NCBI RefSeq assembly: GCF_036365525.1
Contig: NC_090386.1
Location: 83,596,999 to 83,660,998, forward strand
Direction: 5' to 3'
Origin: Heterodontus francisci
Lineage: Eukaryota
Length of the DNA: 64,000 nt
Made by a program: the position numbers and the translations under genes. This document shows, piece after piece, positions 49,804-62,772 of this stretch (the stretch's first letter is position 1; the number at the start of each line of letters is the position of its first letter). The notes below the pieces were generated by a model. The model was not told where the DNA came from and did not search any database. It saw nothing but the letters and a program-made list of their open reading frames with translations.

Positions 49804-52134
49804 GTAACACATATTAATGAATATCGAAGGGAGAGAGGGGCCATGAAAAGCTGACCGGCTAAATCCACCATATGATATGATATTCTTCACTGGGAGGGAA
49901 TGTAGCTTCTATCATTGTGCTTATCAGCATTTCAACCTGTGATAAACACCTTTGAACTTGAATGCTCTGCCTTAGCTTTCCTTTAATTTAGAGGCTTACT
50001 GTCTATGGAAAGATCCAGCTGATGGGATTCTTAACCAGAACTTCCTCTGAGGTTATGCCATGTGAGTATATTGGAGCAGTTTCTGCTGCAGCTCACTCTG
50101 TGTGATTGCCCCCATTGGACTCTGTTGGCACCATTACATCACCATTATACTGTTGCTTAAAAACTCAGATTCCCCATTAATATCAATGGGAAACAGATCA
50201 GTCACAAAATATCCCTTGCTGACGTTTTAACAAGAGCTTTTTTGCTCCATAGACTAGTTCAATTCATGTGGAATTCCTCTGTATACTGGCAAAGAATTCC
50301 AAATTCAAATGACTGTTTGCATACCTCTAATTCCTTTAGTGATTATCTTAAATTTATGCCCTCTTGTTACCATCTCACTGACTAGTAGAAACTATTTATC
50401 TTGATGTATCACTTCATTACTGTGAAGAGTATTAAGAGGCCACTGCTTCTCAGCTTTATTGAAAAAGTTTTAATTTCTTAAGTCTCTCTTCATAATTGCA
50501 ACCTCTCATCCTTGATCAGAAACTCATGCATCAATGCTGTATCTAATCTATGCTTTTATATCTGTTCTATAATGAGTTGCCAAAAACTGCACACATGGCC
50601 ATTTATACAAAGCCAGTGTTACCTCCTTGTTTTTTTGCCCAATTCCTGTAAGTACAATACAAAGGGCTCTGTTTGCTTTTAAAAAAAAATAACCTTATCC
50701 ATTTGCACTGCTTCCTTTTAATGACCAGAGTAAGAGCATTAAAAGGTCCCATGTAAATTATACTTCCTTTCTGAAGTCTTACTCCCAAAATATATTCAAA
50801 TGTTTTCTACATTGAACTGCATTTTCTGCCTGTCTGCCCATAAATATAAACATCTCCCACAGAAGGGGCTGTTCTTAGCAATGCCAAAAATTGAGCATTC
50901 TTTTTCATATAGCTTCAGACTGTTCCAGCTTCTCACATAAATGTAAGCATTGACAGATTACTGAATCATTGGTTAAATAATTTGTATGGAAGAAATCAAA
51001 GATTACAGATCTCTGAAAATGTTCTGACATGCATCTAAACCAGAGAAAAAGGAAGATAATGCTATTGTCCAAAATGGACTTAGATTTCAATATCAAGCCC
51101 CATATTGGAAGTTGCTCATCTGCACATTGTAATGCAACTTGAAATGTAACAGAAATTGTTCTCTCTAAAAAGTTTGTGACAGATTGAGGTATATTAGCCT
51201 GGCTTTTCAGCTTGTAATGCTTAAAATAACCTATTCATTTCAAATACCCTGAAAGTTATGAATAGATAATCTAACCCAACATGTCTAGTGCAAAAGAGGA
51301 GATCACAGGGATTGTAATGATATATTTCTCCAACTATGGGTTAAGGGATGTAATGCAGGTGACGACTTGTCAAATTTACATCAAAATATTGCTGAGGTTG
51401 TAGCAGCTATCACAGGTAAAGCAAGTGTCCTATTTCAATCAAACATCTCCACCTGGTTTTGGATTCACAGAAGCTTCAGGGTCATGAAACAGTGCCTTTT
51501 TTCCCTCAGTAGTTTGTTATCTTTTATTTAAAATGCAAAAACTTCTCATAGATCATCCCCAAGTGACACACAGCACTAGTTTAGCATTATCCCTTTAAGG
51601 ACTACAGTGGATGCTGAGCTATGTGATGCAGGAGGCAGATATTTTAAAAGAGCTGTATCAAAGAAAAGGTTTTTTTTTCTTTTTCATACCATTATTCTAG
51701 TTGTATAGTCTATTCCACTTAAGTGAATATCTGATGAGTGAATATTTCTGTCAGGTAAATGTAACCTATTTCTGTCAATAGCTGTCAACTTTATTATTGT
51801 TACCTTACACAGTTCACAAGTATGAAAGCAAGTCGAGTGCCTGCATTGCTTGGGAGCTGGATGCCACTTGCACAGGGAAAATGGCTTTTTGAAGGGGAGG
51901 TAGTTGACGTTTATGTAGCTCCTAAAACTATGAGAGATTTAAACTAATAAATGCCATCGCTTCCATCAATAATCCAGCCTCTTCTGTCTCCTCTTCATGA
52001 TAGGAAAAAATGTACCCAGTTTGAACCATATGTGCCAGAGCTGACACTAAGACATATATTTATTGTACAGTCCCAGATGTTATTAAGTTTTTAGGTAATG
52101 TGAAGTGCACATTTACAATGCACAGTACACATTA

Positions 52135-52415
52135 GGGGTGAAACTGGGGGATGCCAGCAGCACGAAACAGACTCATAGCAAATCAGAAGCCAATTTTTCA
52201 CCGCGTGCAATCATCTTTCCACTGAGGTTCACAGAATGATAGCTCAAACTCTTTTTGGGGACTCATTTCTTAATCTCACTGTTGCTTTTACTTGGTTTGA
52301 ACTTAAAAAATATTTTCCAGATCAATGAAAAATAAAAACTGATGCAATGAAAGATTGGCTGCCGATTTGCTATGAGTCTCTTTCGCACTGCTGGCTTAGA
52401 CTAATTTCATCCCCC
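52135..52415. mobile_element. Hairpin MITE with ~80-bp imperfect TIRs
   Basis: GGGGTGAAA..GCCAGCAG..GAAACAGACTCATAGCAAATC versus GATTTGCTATGAGTCTCTTTCG..CTGCTGGC..TTTCATCCCC; flanked by ATTA on both sides. Confidence 0.8.
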
Positions 52416-53739
52416 ATTATGTCTTGCATTTCAGCTCTCACAGAGTTGTATTATGGCAGCATAAAAACAAGTCCATCTGTGTTACATAGGTGATGTCAGT
52501 GTTGAATGTTAGTTAGCACTTAGTTGGGAAGGGTGGGAGGATTGGGAGAGGTGGTGGTATCACAGAAATGTTTGCAAATCAGATGCAACTCAACTACCTA
52601 TGGAATCCTCTGCACTGTATTGTTGGTAAATTTCACTGTTTGGTTGAATGCTTGTTGTCATCTATGTCCTTACTTGGCCTAGCACATGCTAAGACTATAG
52701 GGGTACTTTTGACTTTGGGCGATAGTGTAAGGCAGATGATCTCGAATCAACTCCATTGTCTCTCTATCCATTGCCTTCAATGGAAATTAAAATTGCGAGA
52801 GATGTATAACGGGGCGGCTGATTTGATATTGCCTGCTCTACACCAAAGTCAAAATTACCCCCTGTCACTGACCACAGCATTATGTGAATCTAGACACCTG
52901 GTAATTTTCTGTACATTCTAAAGCTGATAATTTTTTTGTTTTGCTATGGAATACAATGTATTAAGATTTATATTTAAGTCAAGTATTCCTGCTGAGCAAT
53001 TAGGTTTATGTGACAGACAGAACACAGTATTTTTAGCAACAGCCGCTCTATTCAGTTCCACTTCAAATTACCAGCCACACATCTGTGTGCATGATAATGC
53101 TGTACAAAAAATATATATATTTATAAAGCTCTCAACATCAGCCATTGGAGTTTTAAATGCTTAATTTGGTAAAATCCTAATCAGCAGTTAAATGTATGAC
53201 TCAACCTCTAATTGAACTGTCACCTTGCCCAACAAATAATTGCATTTTAAGTTTTAAACTGGAGCTCAGTGCATCCCTAAAGCACCTTTCTGCTGCTGTG
53301 AATATATAATAAATATATTTGTTAGAGAGGCCCAGTATTTAACCAAAACCTGAGTTCATTTTACCGACGTATTTTTAGATGCTAAAATATTAATGTCTCT
53401 CCCTCATGAATGATGACACAATCAGAAGTTCAAAAGTGCTTGAAATTAGCAATTGAATAAAACATGATTTCAAAATAAAATTGTGGTATTCTTTTAAGGG
53501 CAGCGGAACTAAAAGCTCTGAGGACCTCATCGAGCAGTTCTGCAGCTGAATCCAAAATATCATCAAATAAAAATTTGTTTAGTTAATTTGGGAGCACTAT
53601 GAATGTAGTCTAAGGTCTGGCTAACAGCACATTTCTCCAATTCTGTTTCAGAACTTGCATCACTTGGGAGTGTGGAATATCATTTTTGCAGATGCCACAT
53701 GAAATAGTATAAATTTTCATGTTCCATAATCACAATTTT

Positions 53740-54690
53740 TTTAAATCATTCTTTGCGATGTGGGCATTGGTGGGGAGACCAGCATTTATTGCATATCACT
53801 AGTTGCTTTTGAGAAGGTGGCAGTGGGACAACTTCTTGAACTGCTGCAGTCTATGTGGTGAAGGTACTCCCACAATACTGTTAGGTAAGGAGTTCCAGGA
53901 TTTTGACCTAGTGATGGTGAAGGAACGGCAATGTACGTCCAATCCATGAAACAGCTTAGCTAGGCTCATGTCTTGTTCTAGAGCACAGGTCTTCAGCACT
54001 GTAGCCAGGATGTTATTGGAACCCATAGCCATTGCTGCGCACAATGCACTCAGCCATTTCTTGATGTTTAGCATGTACTCTTGTTTTGTAGCATCACTTG
54101 GATGGCACCTTGGTGCTGCTCTTGACATGCTCTTCTATACTCTTTATTGGTCACCTGGCTCGAAGGTATTGTGAGTGAGGGATATTCTGGCCCACAAGGT
54201 TACTGATTGTAGTATTCTACAATCTGCTGCTGCAGATGGCCCACAGTGCCTCATAAATGCCCAGCTTTGAGTTGCTTGATCTGTTCTAAGCTACTCCACT
54301 TAGCATGGTGGTAGTGCCACGTGACACAATGGAGGATGTCCTCAGTGTGAAGACGTGGCATGGTCTCCACAAGGACTGAGCAGCAGTCACTCCTACCAAT
54401 GCTGTCATTGGTGGATGTATCTGAGTCAGACAGATATATTGATGGGGATGAGGCCAAATAGCTTATTCCCTCTTCTTGGTTCTCTTGTTACCGGAAAGTC
54501 CAGTCTGGCAGCCATATCCTAGAGGATTTGGCCAGTTCAGTCAGTGGTGGTACTACCAAACCACATTCGGTGACGGACATTGAAATTTCCCAACTAGAGT
54601 ACATTCTGTGTCCTTGCTACACTTAGTGTATCTTCCAGGCTGAGGGAGGGTGAGAAGTTGTAATTAGCAGGAGGTGTTCTTGCCGATGCT
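53740..54690 (-). mobile_element. CR1-group LINE family B remnant with several internal deletions
   Basis: KSWNSLPNSIVGVPSPHRLQQFKK..HLLKSN tail joined to AMGSNNI..LKTCALE and endonuclease-region pieces. Confidence 0.8.
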
Positions 54691-55921
54691 TGACTTTTTC
54701 TATAAAATAAATGGTGCCTGGATGTGCATCCAGAGCAAGATGAACTGCCACATATTGGGCTGGTTTTAATATATATATTTAATATATTAGCATGTGTGTG
54801 AATGTATGTATTAATATGTATAAAATGGCACTGGGAGATGGCTCTGCATTAAATATACCTCAGCTTGACTGCCTTCTATATGTCAAAAAAGCTGGGACAC
54901 AGTATGAGAGGGATCCTGTATAAACCGCTTTCCATATGGAGGGAAGTGATGTCTGGTGCCATTATAAAACATTTTGAAAGCTGAAATTGCTGAGAGGGTT
55001 AAAAAATGAAAGTGAAAAGAAGTCAGGGCAGAGAACGTCAACTAAACCTTAGCCTATGGGTAGGGGAGAGTGGATAAGAAGATTGATTGATTTGCATTGA
55101 CACATCGGACAGTACGATTGCTTTATGCATGCATTGATTTCTGTGATGCGATTTCTGCCTAGGATTAATCAGGCTCTCAAGGGCTAAATTTCCTTTACAA
55201 ATCAGACGAGGGAGGCAACCAGTTCTATCAAAAGTGGCTTACAAAGAAGAACTTCAGTGCTGTCAGATGAAAAAACTATTGCAAATGAACAGCATCTTTT
55301 TTTTTGTTACAACAAACACAAATACCACCATTGGCAAAAAAACAAAAAGGATCCCAGGGAGCAAAACTTTTTGAGCAATTCGTTTGATTGTAAGTTTCAG
55401 TGCTCATTTCGTGGGTCACTAGGGACTGTCAAACGGCACAGCATTTGTGTTAACCATTTCCTGTCCAGATTTTCAAAAGGGATCCTGAGTGGATTATTGA
55501 CAGCCTGAAAATGCCTTCTTGGAACTAAAATGACAGAAAGAATATTTTGTAGAAGATGACATTTCTCATACACTTTTGTTGGCTCTAGTGATGGGCATGA
55601 TTTTCATGGATAAATGGATGGAATTGCACCCCTAAAAACTCTGAAATCTGATATCATAAAAACAGAATTGGACTTATTAAGTTGCTCTAAATCAATTAAC
55701 CTAATTGTAAACATACAAAATTGCAGGATGTGATCCCCAAAAATGCAACCAATAAAAATCTTTGGAGCCCATCTGATTAAAAAAATCTCTTGTTTTAATT
55801 TGATTTGTTCATTCGACATAAGTCAGTGGCCCTGGTTATGGACCTATGTTTTGAAAGGACAAAGTGAAGTAACACTTGCACCTTTGCAGTGTTTTATTGC
55901 GTTATTGAAATGTCTCCAGGT

Positions 55922-56025
55922 ACCTGATGAAAAATCATCGACCTTAAACATTAACCCTACCATACTCCCTCTATGGATACTGTCTGACTTGCTGAGTGTT
56001 TCTGGCACATTGTTTTATTTTTTAT
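55922..56025 (+). mobile_element. Old Penelope-like terminal remnant
   Basis: CTGATGAAAAATCATCGACCTTAAACATTAAC..CTGACTTGCTGAG. Confidence 0.6.
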
Positions 56026-58429
56026 TTCATGATGTGAGTCACTTTTGGAGGGCAGTGACTTAATATTTAAGTGAAAATGGCCATTCTATGCTAGCAGCAA
56101 CCAACAAACAGAAGAAGTAATTCATTAATAAATGCTGTAGATACTTGTACAAGTCAGTGTGAGGTTAATCTTGATCAGGTTTTTCACAGTCAGTTCCTGA
56201 CACCATCTCCTATAGGGGATGCTGTTGTCAGTTTCATAGCTGTCTGGTTGAGAATTTTTGTACAAAAGTTGTCAAACTGCAACAGCACCACAAAGGCGAT
56301 CATACATTGAATTGTTAGCATTCCTTTGTGAGAATGCCTATAATTGACAAATACAGTAATTGATTCATTAATGCATATTATAAATCAGTGTCAAAGGAGA
56401 TAATCTTCAGATACGTGCTTCCAATATATTGACATAGACTCAGTTTTTAACCTATAATCAAACTTCATTGTCTTGCAGATTACTGTTGATTATAGATCAG
56501 GTTATATTGACTGCTCAGATGCCATGTGACTCCTGTTCTGGTTCTGAGTACACTCAGAATAAAGTCATACTAGCCCGTTCTCATTGGTGCAAAATAGTTT
56601 TGGGTGACTTCCGAGGGTGTTAAAACAAGAAGTGTTAGACTACTTCTGGTAGGTGGTCTTGCATTGCGTGGGTTCATTGTAACACCCGCTGAGTGAAACC
56701 TCTGCGTGCTTTGTAAACTTATTTTTCAAGATTTCTGCTGCTAGGTGAAAACAGACACTCCTGCCTGTACTCCCAAGACATTAAAAATTAAGTGCTGGGC
56801 AGCAGATCTCTGAACAAATAAAGGATGCGGGAGATAGTGGTTGTGATACTGAACTAGTAATCCAGAGACCTGGACTAATGATCTGAAGACATGAATTTAA
56901 ATCCCACTGTGGGATCTGGGGGTATTGCATTCAGTTAACAAAGTAAATCTGGAATAAAAAGTTAGTATCAGTAACAAAGCTACTGTTTTGTTCAAAAAAC
57001 CCATCTGGTTCACTAATGTGCTTTAGGGAAGATAATCTGCTGTCCTTACCCAGTCTGACCTATATGTGACTCCAGATCCTCAGCAATGTGGATGACTCTT
57101 AACTGCCCTCTGAAATGACCTACAAAGCCATTCAGTTGTGTCAAACTGCTATGTAAAACTATAAGAAGAAGAAAACCGAAATGACCAGACACCATCGACT
57201 TGGGCACCAGTCATGACAAAGGCAAACTCTGTCCAAGCAACCCTGCAAAATCCTCCTCACCAACATCTGGGAACTTGTACTCAAATTCTGAGAGCTGACC
57301 TAGAGACGAGTCAAGCAACAGCCTGACATTGTCATACTCACCGAATTATACCTCACAGCCAAATTCCAGGGTCCCTCCATCAACATCCCTGGGTATGTTC
57401 CATCTCAATGGTAGGACAGACTCACCAGAGGTGCTGGCACAGTGATATACAGTCAAGAGGGAGTGGCCCTGGGAATCCTCAACATTGACTCTGGACCCCA
57501 TGAAGTCTCATGGCATCAGGTCAAACATGGGCAAGGAAACCTTCTGCCGCTTACCACCTACCACCCACTCTCAGCTGATGAATCAGTTTTCCTCCATGTT
57601 GAGCACCACTTGGAAGAAGCACTGAGGGTAGCAAGGACACAGAATGTACTCTGGATGAGGGACTTCAACGTCCTTCACAAAGAGTGGTTCAGTAGCACCA
57701 TTGCTGGCTAAGTCCTGAAAGACGTAGCTGCCAGACTGGGCCTGCAGCATATGGTGAGAGAATTAATATGAGGGGAAAAACCTATTTGACCTCGTCCTCA
57801 GCAATCTACATGTTGCAAATGAACCTGTCCATGACAGTATTGGTAGCAGTGACCACTGCACAGTCTTTGAGGAGATGAAGATTCATCTTACACTGAGGAT
57901 ACCCTCCATTGTGTTGTGTGGCACTACCACTGTGCTAAATTAGATAGATTCTGACAGATCCAACAGCTCAAAAGTGGCCATTCAGGAGGCACCATGGGCC
58001 ATCAGCAGCTGCAGAATTGTAGACCACCACAATCTGTAACCTTATAGCCCAGAAATGCTTCACTCTACCATCACCAGGAAACCAGGACTATGTCAGGCTG
58101 TTGCTTGACTAGTCACTGGGCCAGCTCTCAGAATTTTGGCACAAGTTCCCAGATGTTAGTGAGGAGGAAATTGCAGTGTCGACTGGTTCAATGAGGAGTG
58201 TAGAAGAGTATGCCAGGAGTAGCAACAGGAATACCTAGAAATGAAGTGCCAAACTGGTGAAGCTACAATACAGGACTACATGCAGCATGCTATAGACAGA
58301 GCTCAGCAATCCCAAAATCAGTGAATCAGGACAAGGCTCTGCTGGTGTGCCACATCCAGCTGTGAATAGAGATGGATAATTAAGCAACTATCGGGAGAAG
58401 GAGGCTCCATGAACATCCCATCCTCCATG

Positions 58430-58645
58430 GGACTCAAGAAGAAGAAGTGGGGCAAATACAGTGATGTTACTGAAGTGGAGGAGTTTCTGGAGGATGTGTG
58501 ACTGCAGGAGCAGACACTCGGTGGTCTTGTGTCTAAAAAGACACCTGGCAGCCTGTTCTTCATTGACACAGGAGAAGAAAAGAAAGATCTGCTCCATAAT
58601 AAAGGAAAATTGAAGCCTTTTTGAATTGACCTAATTCTGCATTCA
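58430..58645 (+). pseudogene. NOP53: NOP53 (GLTSCR2/PICT1) coding fragment, probably processed, inserted in the LINE
   Basis: KKKKWGKYSDVTEVEEFLEDV*LQEQTLGGLVSKKTPGSLFFIDTGEEKK..KLKPF*IDLIL matches the recalled NOP53 N-terminus EVDQFLEDVRLQERTSGGL..LFFVDTG..KPLRVDLIL; both stops fall at Arg positions. Confidence 0.88.
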
Positions 58646-59452
58646 TGCTGGGCTCTGCTATAAGTGGAACCCAGCGTTAGTGCAAAAGACAAGGCTGAAG
58701 CATTTGCAACTATCTTCATCCAGAAATGCGAGTGCATGATCCATCTCGATCTCCTCCTGAGGTCCCCCACATCATATAGGCCAGTCGACAGCCAATTTGA
58801 TTCATTCCACGAGATATCAAGAAATGGCTGAGTGTATTGGATATAGCCAAGGCTATGGGCCCCGACAAGATCCTGGTTGTAGTACATGAGACTTGTGCTC
58901 CAGAACTAGCCACGCCCCCTAGCCAAGCTGTTCCAGTACAGCTACAACACTGGCATCGACCTGACAAAGTGAAAAATTGCCCAGGTCTGTCCTGCCCATG
59001 GAAAGCAAGACAAATCCAATCTGGCCAATTACTGCCTTATCAGTTTACTCTCAATTATCAGCAATATGTTGGAAGGTGTCATCGACAGTCCTATTAAGTG
59101 TCATCTACTCACCAATAATCTGCTCACCGATGCTCAGTTTGAGTTCACCAAGGCCACTCAGCTCCTGACCTCATTCTAGCCTTGGTCTAAACATAGACAA
59201 AAAAGAGCTGAGTCCAGAGGTGAGGTGAGAGTGATAGCCCTTGACATCAAGGCGGCATTTGACCAACTGTGGCATCAAGGAGTGCTCGTAAAATTGAAGC
59301 TACTGGGAATCAAAGGAAAACCTCTCCACTGGTTGGAATTATACCTAGCACAAAGGGAGATGGTCGTGGTTGTAGGAGACCAATCATCTCAGCCCCAGAC
59401 CATTGTTGCAGAAGTTTCTCAGGGCAGTGTCCTAAGCTCAAACATTTTCAGC

Positions 59453-59595
59453 ATTTTTTTTATTCGTTCATGGGATGTGGGCATTGCTGGCTAGGCCAGC
59501 ATTTATTGCCCATCCCTAATTGCCCTTGAGAAGGTGGTGGTGAGCTGCCTTCTTAAACTGCTGCAGTCCTTGGGGTATAGGTACACCAACAGCGC
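59453..59595 (-). mobile_element. Short family B 3' end inserted antisense in the family B LINE
   Basis: Reverse-complement tail with a T run, splitting the host sequence TTCAGC|TGCTTCATC. Confidence 0.85.
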
Positions 59596-60964
59596 TGCTT
59601 CATCACTGGCCACCTCTCCAACATATGGTCAAAAGTGGGGATGTTCACTGGTGATTGTGCAGCATACAGTACCATTCACAACTCCTCAGATATTGAAGCA
59701 GTCCGTGCCGCATGCAATGAGACCTGGACAACATCTAGGCTTTGGCTGATAAGTAGTAAATAATATTCATGGTATACAAGTGCCAGGTAATGACCATCTT
59801 GACGGACAGAGTCTAACCACCTCCCCTTAACATTCAACGGCATTACCATCACCAAATCTTCCAACATCAACATCCTGAGGTTACCATTAACTAGAAACTT
59901 AACTGGACCAGCCACTTAAATACTGTGGCTATAAGACTAGGCCAGATGTTGGGTATTTGCAGTGAGTAATTCATCTCCTGGCTTCCCAAAACCTTTCTAC
60001 CATCTACAAAGCACAAGTCAGCAGTGTGATGGAATACTTTACACTTGTCCAGATGAGTGCAGCATCAACAACACACAAGAAGTGCGACACCATCCAGGCC
60101 AAAGCAGTCCCCTTGATCAGCACCCATTCACCACCTTAAACATTCACTCCCTCTACCACCGATACACAATGGCTGTAGTGTGTACCATCTACAAGATGCA
60201 TTGCAACAACTCACTAAAGGTTTTTCCACAGCACCTCCCAAACCCACGACCTCTATCATTTAGAAGGAAAATGTGAGCAGGCACACGGGAGCACCATCAC
60301 CTTCAAGTTCCCCTTCATGTCACACACCATCCTTACTTGAAAATATATCCCTGTTCCTTCATCGTCGTTGGGTCAAATCTTGGAACTCCCTACCTAACAG
60401 CACTGTGGGTGCACCTTAACCACATATGACTGCAGTATTTCAAGAAGGCGGCTCACCACCGTCTTCACGAGGGCAATTAAGATGGGCAATAAATGCTGGC
60501 CTTGCTAGTGCCCCTCACGTTCCATGAATGAATTAGAAAAAATGTATTTAATGCATTTCCAGTTCCGCACAAATTCTATGAAACACGTGTAATATCAAAT
60601 GTTATTTTTGCTTCTGATTTCATTGAAATTCCTGTCAATGCCTTTGACATTCTATGAATGTAACTCCAATTGTAATCTCAGTGGCTTTCATACGCATGGT
60701 CACACATTCATAGACAAACATCACACCTGACATCAATTTTCATTCTCCATATTCTGCCCAAACTTTCAAAAGTGAAATTAAAGGCAACCACAAACGTTTG
60801 ACCAAATTAAGGATTTGGAATGTGATGAATGCAATATTGCCAGTTATTTAAAGCTTTGGTTTGTTCTCCATAAGCGACTTTGGGATGTTTTCTTTCAGGC
60901 CCTTTCAGTGGGATTGTAGCAAAAAGACAGTAGGTTGTGCTTGCACACAAGATGTTCTATCTTT

Positions 60965-61356
60965 AAATTCTTTCATGGGATGTGGGCATTGCTGGCAAGG
61001 CCAGCATTTGTTGCCCATCCCTAATTTCCCTCGACAACTGAATGGCTTTCAAGGTCATTTCAGAGGGCAGTTAAGAGTCAACCACATTGTGGGTCTGGAG
61101 TCACATGTAGGCCAGATTAGGTAAGGATGGCAGATTTTCTTCCCTAAAGGGCGTTAGTGAACTAGATGGGTTTTTACGACAATTGATGACAGTTTCATGG
61201 CACCATTACTGAGACAAGCTTTCAATTCCAGATTTTTATTAATTCATTAAATTTAAATTCCACCAGCTGCCATAGTGGAATTTGAACCCATGTTCCCAGG
61301 GCATTAGCCTGGGCCTCTGGATTTCTAATGCAGTGGCATTACCACTATGCCACTGT
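60965..61356 (-). mobile_element. SINE made of the family B 5' head joined directly to the family B 3' tail
   Basis: A box TGGCATAGTGG, B box GGTTCAAATTCC, body matching 56828-57145, tail matching 60470-60540. Confidence 0.85.
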
Positions 61357-61403
61357 CTGTTCCCTTTGATGGCAAGGTTGTTGCATTTTGAAATAAGTGG
61401 GTG

Positions 61404-62369
61404 TGTTATAGTCAAGTGAGGAGGGGTCAAAGGGCATCCCTCTTTTCCCTCTCCTTGTTTGACCACAACAGGTTTAATTCTTTCTTAAAGTGGATGTACT
61501 GGCCAGTTCAGTAGGTGTTTGATTACTTACTCGTTATGATAATAAAAAAAACTATTGGATAGGTTTTCTTGAGTTTAACAAAGAGGTTAACTTCATTGTA
61601 CCTAAACTGAACTAATGAAAATAATAAACTACACACCAACTTTCACACGCACACACACACACACACACACACGAGAGTGGGGAAAGATAGATGGGTTGAG
61701 TTAGAATCCATAGAAAAAAGGAGTACACAGTCTGTGGGGTTTGGTGATTCAACTAGCTTCGAGCTGAATTTGGTGGTCCTGAGGCTTTTAGTTTGAAGAG
61801 GTGGATGAGTGGTTCAGTGAGTCTCTTGGAGATAGCGATGCAGATGATTTCCTCCAATGGGGTTTCTGATTGTAGCCAGAGTATGCAAAGGTGGTCAATC
61901 AACAGGCAGAGTTTAAAGCTTGTAAGCTGAAATGCAGAGAGAGATAGAGAAAGATAGAGAGAGAGAGAGAAGGACCCCCCCCCCCCCCCACTTTGGGTCA
62001 GCACGTGTCACAGTCCAGTTGCTTCTCTTCTGTCTGCTGCAGAAAGACACAAGCTTAGAACCACAGATGGGGAGGGACGTGTCACATGACAGTCGTTCAG
62101 TGATTTAAATATAGCTGTTAGCAGTATTTATCTCTTGCTAAAAGGAACAGGTCGTTCCCTTAAACTTCCCGGGTCTTGGTTCTTGCTGGGAAATGAGCAG
62201 ACATTTCGTCTCCCTCCTCACAAAGTAGGATACAGTGTCGCAAATCAAGTGGCCATCCTAAGTTGCCAGAAAAGTCATCTTTTTTAAATTACATGAAAAA
62301 ATATAAATTCAGATCTCTGGTCAGTGAATTGAAGAAAATTATCATTCAACAAAGCAAGTTGGCATGACA
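61404..62369 (-). mobile_element. Solo LTR, 966 bp
   Basis: TGTTAT..ATGACA termini with an exact 4-bp TSD GGTG; related to 24612-25678. Confidence 0.9.
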
Positions 62370-62384
62370 GGTGTCACAAAAGTA

Positions 62385-62665
62385 GAAACACAGGAATTGG
62401 AATTGGCCATTCAGTCCCTTGAGCCTGTTCCACAATTTACGAGATCATCGCTGATCTGTATCCTAACTCCATCTGCATGTCTTAGTTCAATATCCCTTTG
62501 TACCCTTGGCTCGCAAAAAGGTATCAATCTCAGATTTAAAATAATTAATTGAGCTAGTATCTGCTGCTTTTGTAGGAGTGGGTACCATATTTCTACAACC
62601 CATGGTGTGAAAAAGTGTTTCCTATCCTATCCTCTCCTGAATGGCTTGGCTCTGGTTTTATGGTT
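62385..62665 (-). mobile_element. CR1 3' remnant, followed by a short plus-strand L2 fragment (~62675-62772)
   Basis: GGCCATTCAGTCCCTTGAGCCTG tail; the L2 piece reads YSNALLA..KLEPIQNSAAHVLT. Confidence 0.6.
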
Positions 62666-62772
62666 ACATCATCTTGTCTATTCCAATGCACTCCTAGCTG
62701 TCCTCCGATGTTTGACCCTCCATAAACTTGAGCCCATCCAAAACTCTGCTGCTCATGTCCTAACTTGCACAA

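Larger units (their letters stand above)
56828..60542 (+). mobile_element. Apparently full-length, decayed CR1-group LINE family B with a tRNA-like 5' head
   Basis: Head 56828-57145 matches the SINE at 60965-61356; then APE (KQQPDIVILTE, IPGY, WMRDFNV), RT (KAMGPD, LDIKAAFDQLWHQG, VSQGSVL) and the family B tail. Confidence 0.85.

Noticed and set aside
53499-53550. Possible terminal mini-exon GSGTKSSEDLIEQFCS*
   Set aside because: Too short, with only a weak acceptor as support.
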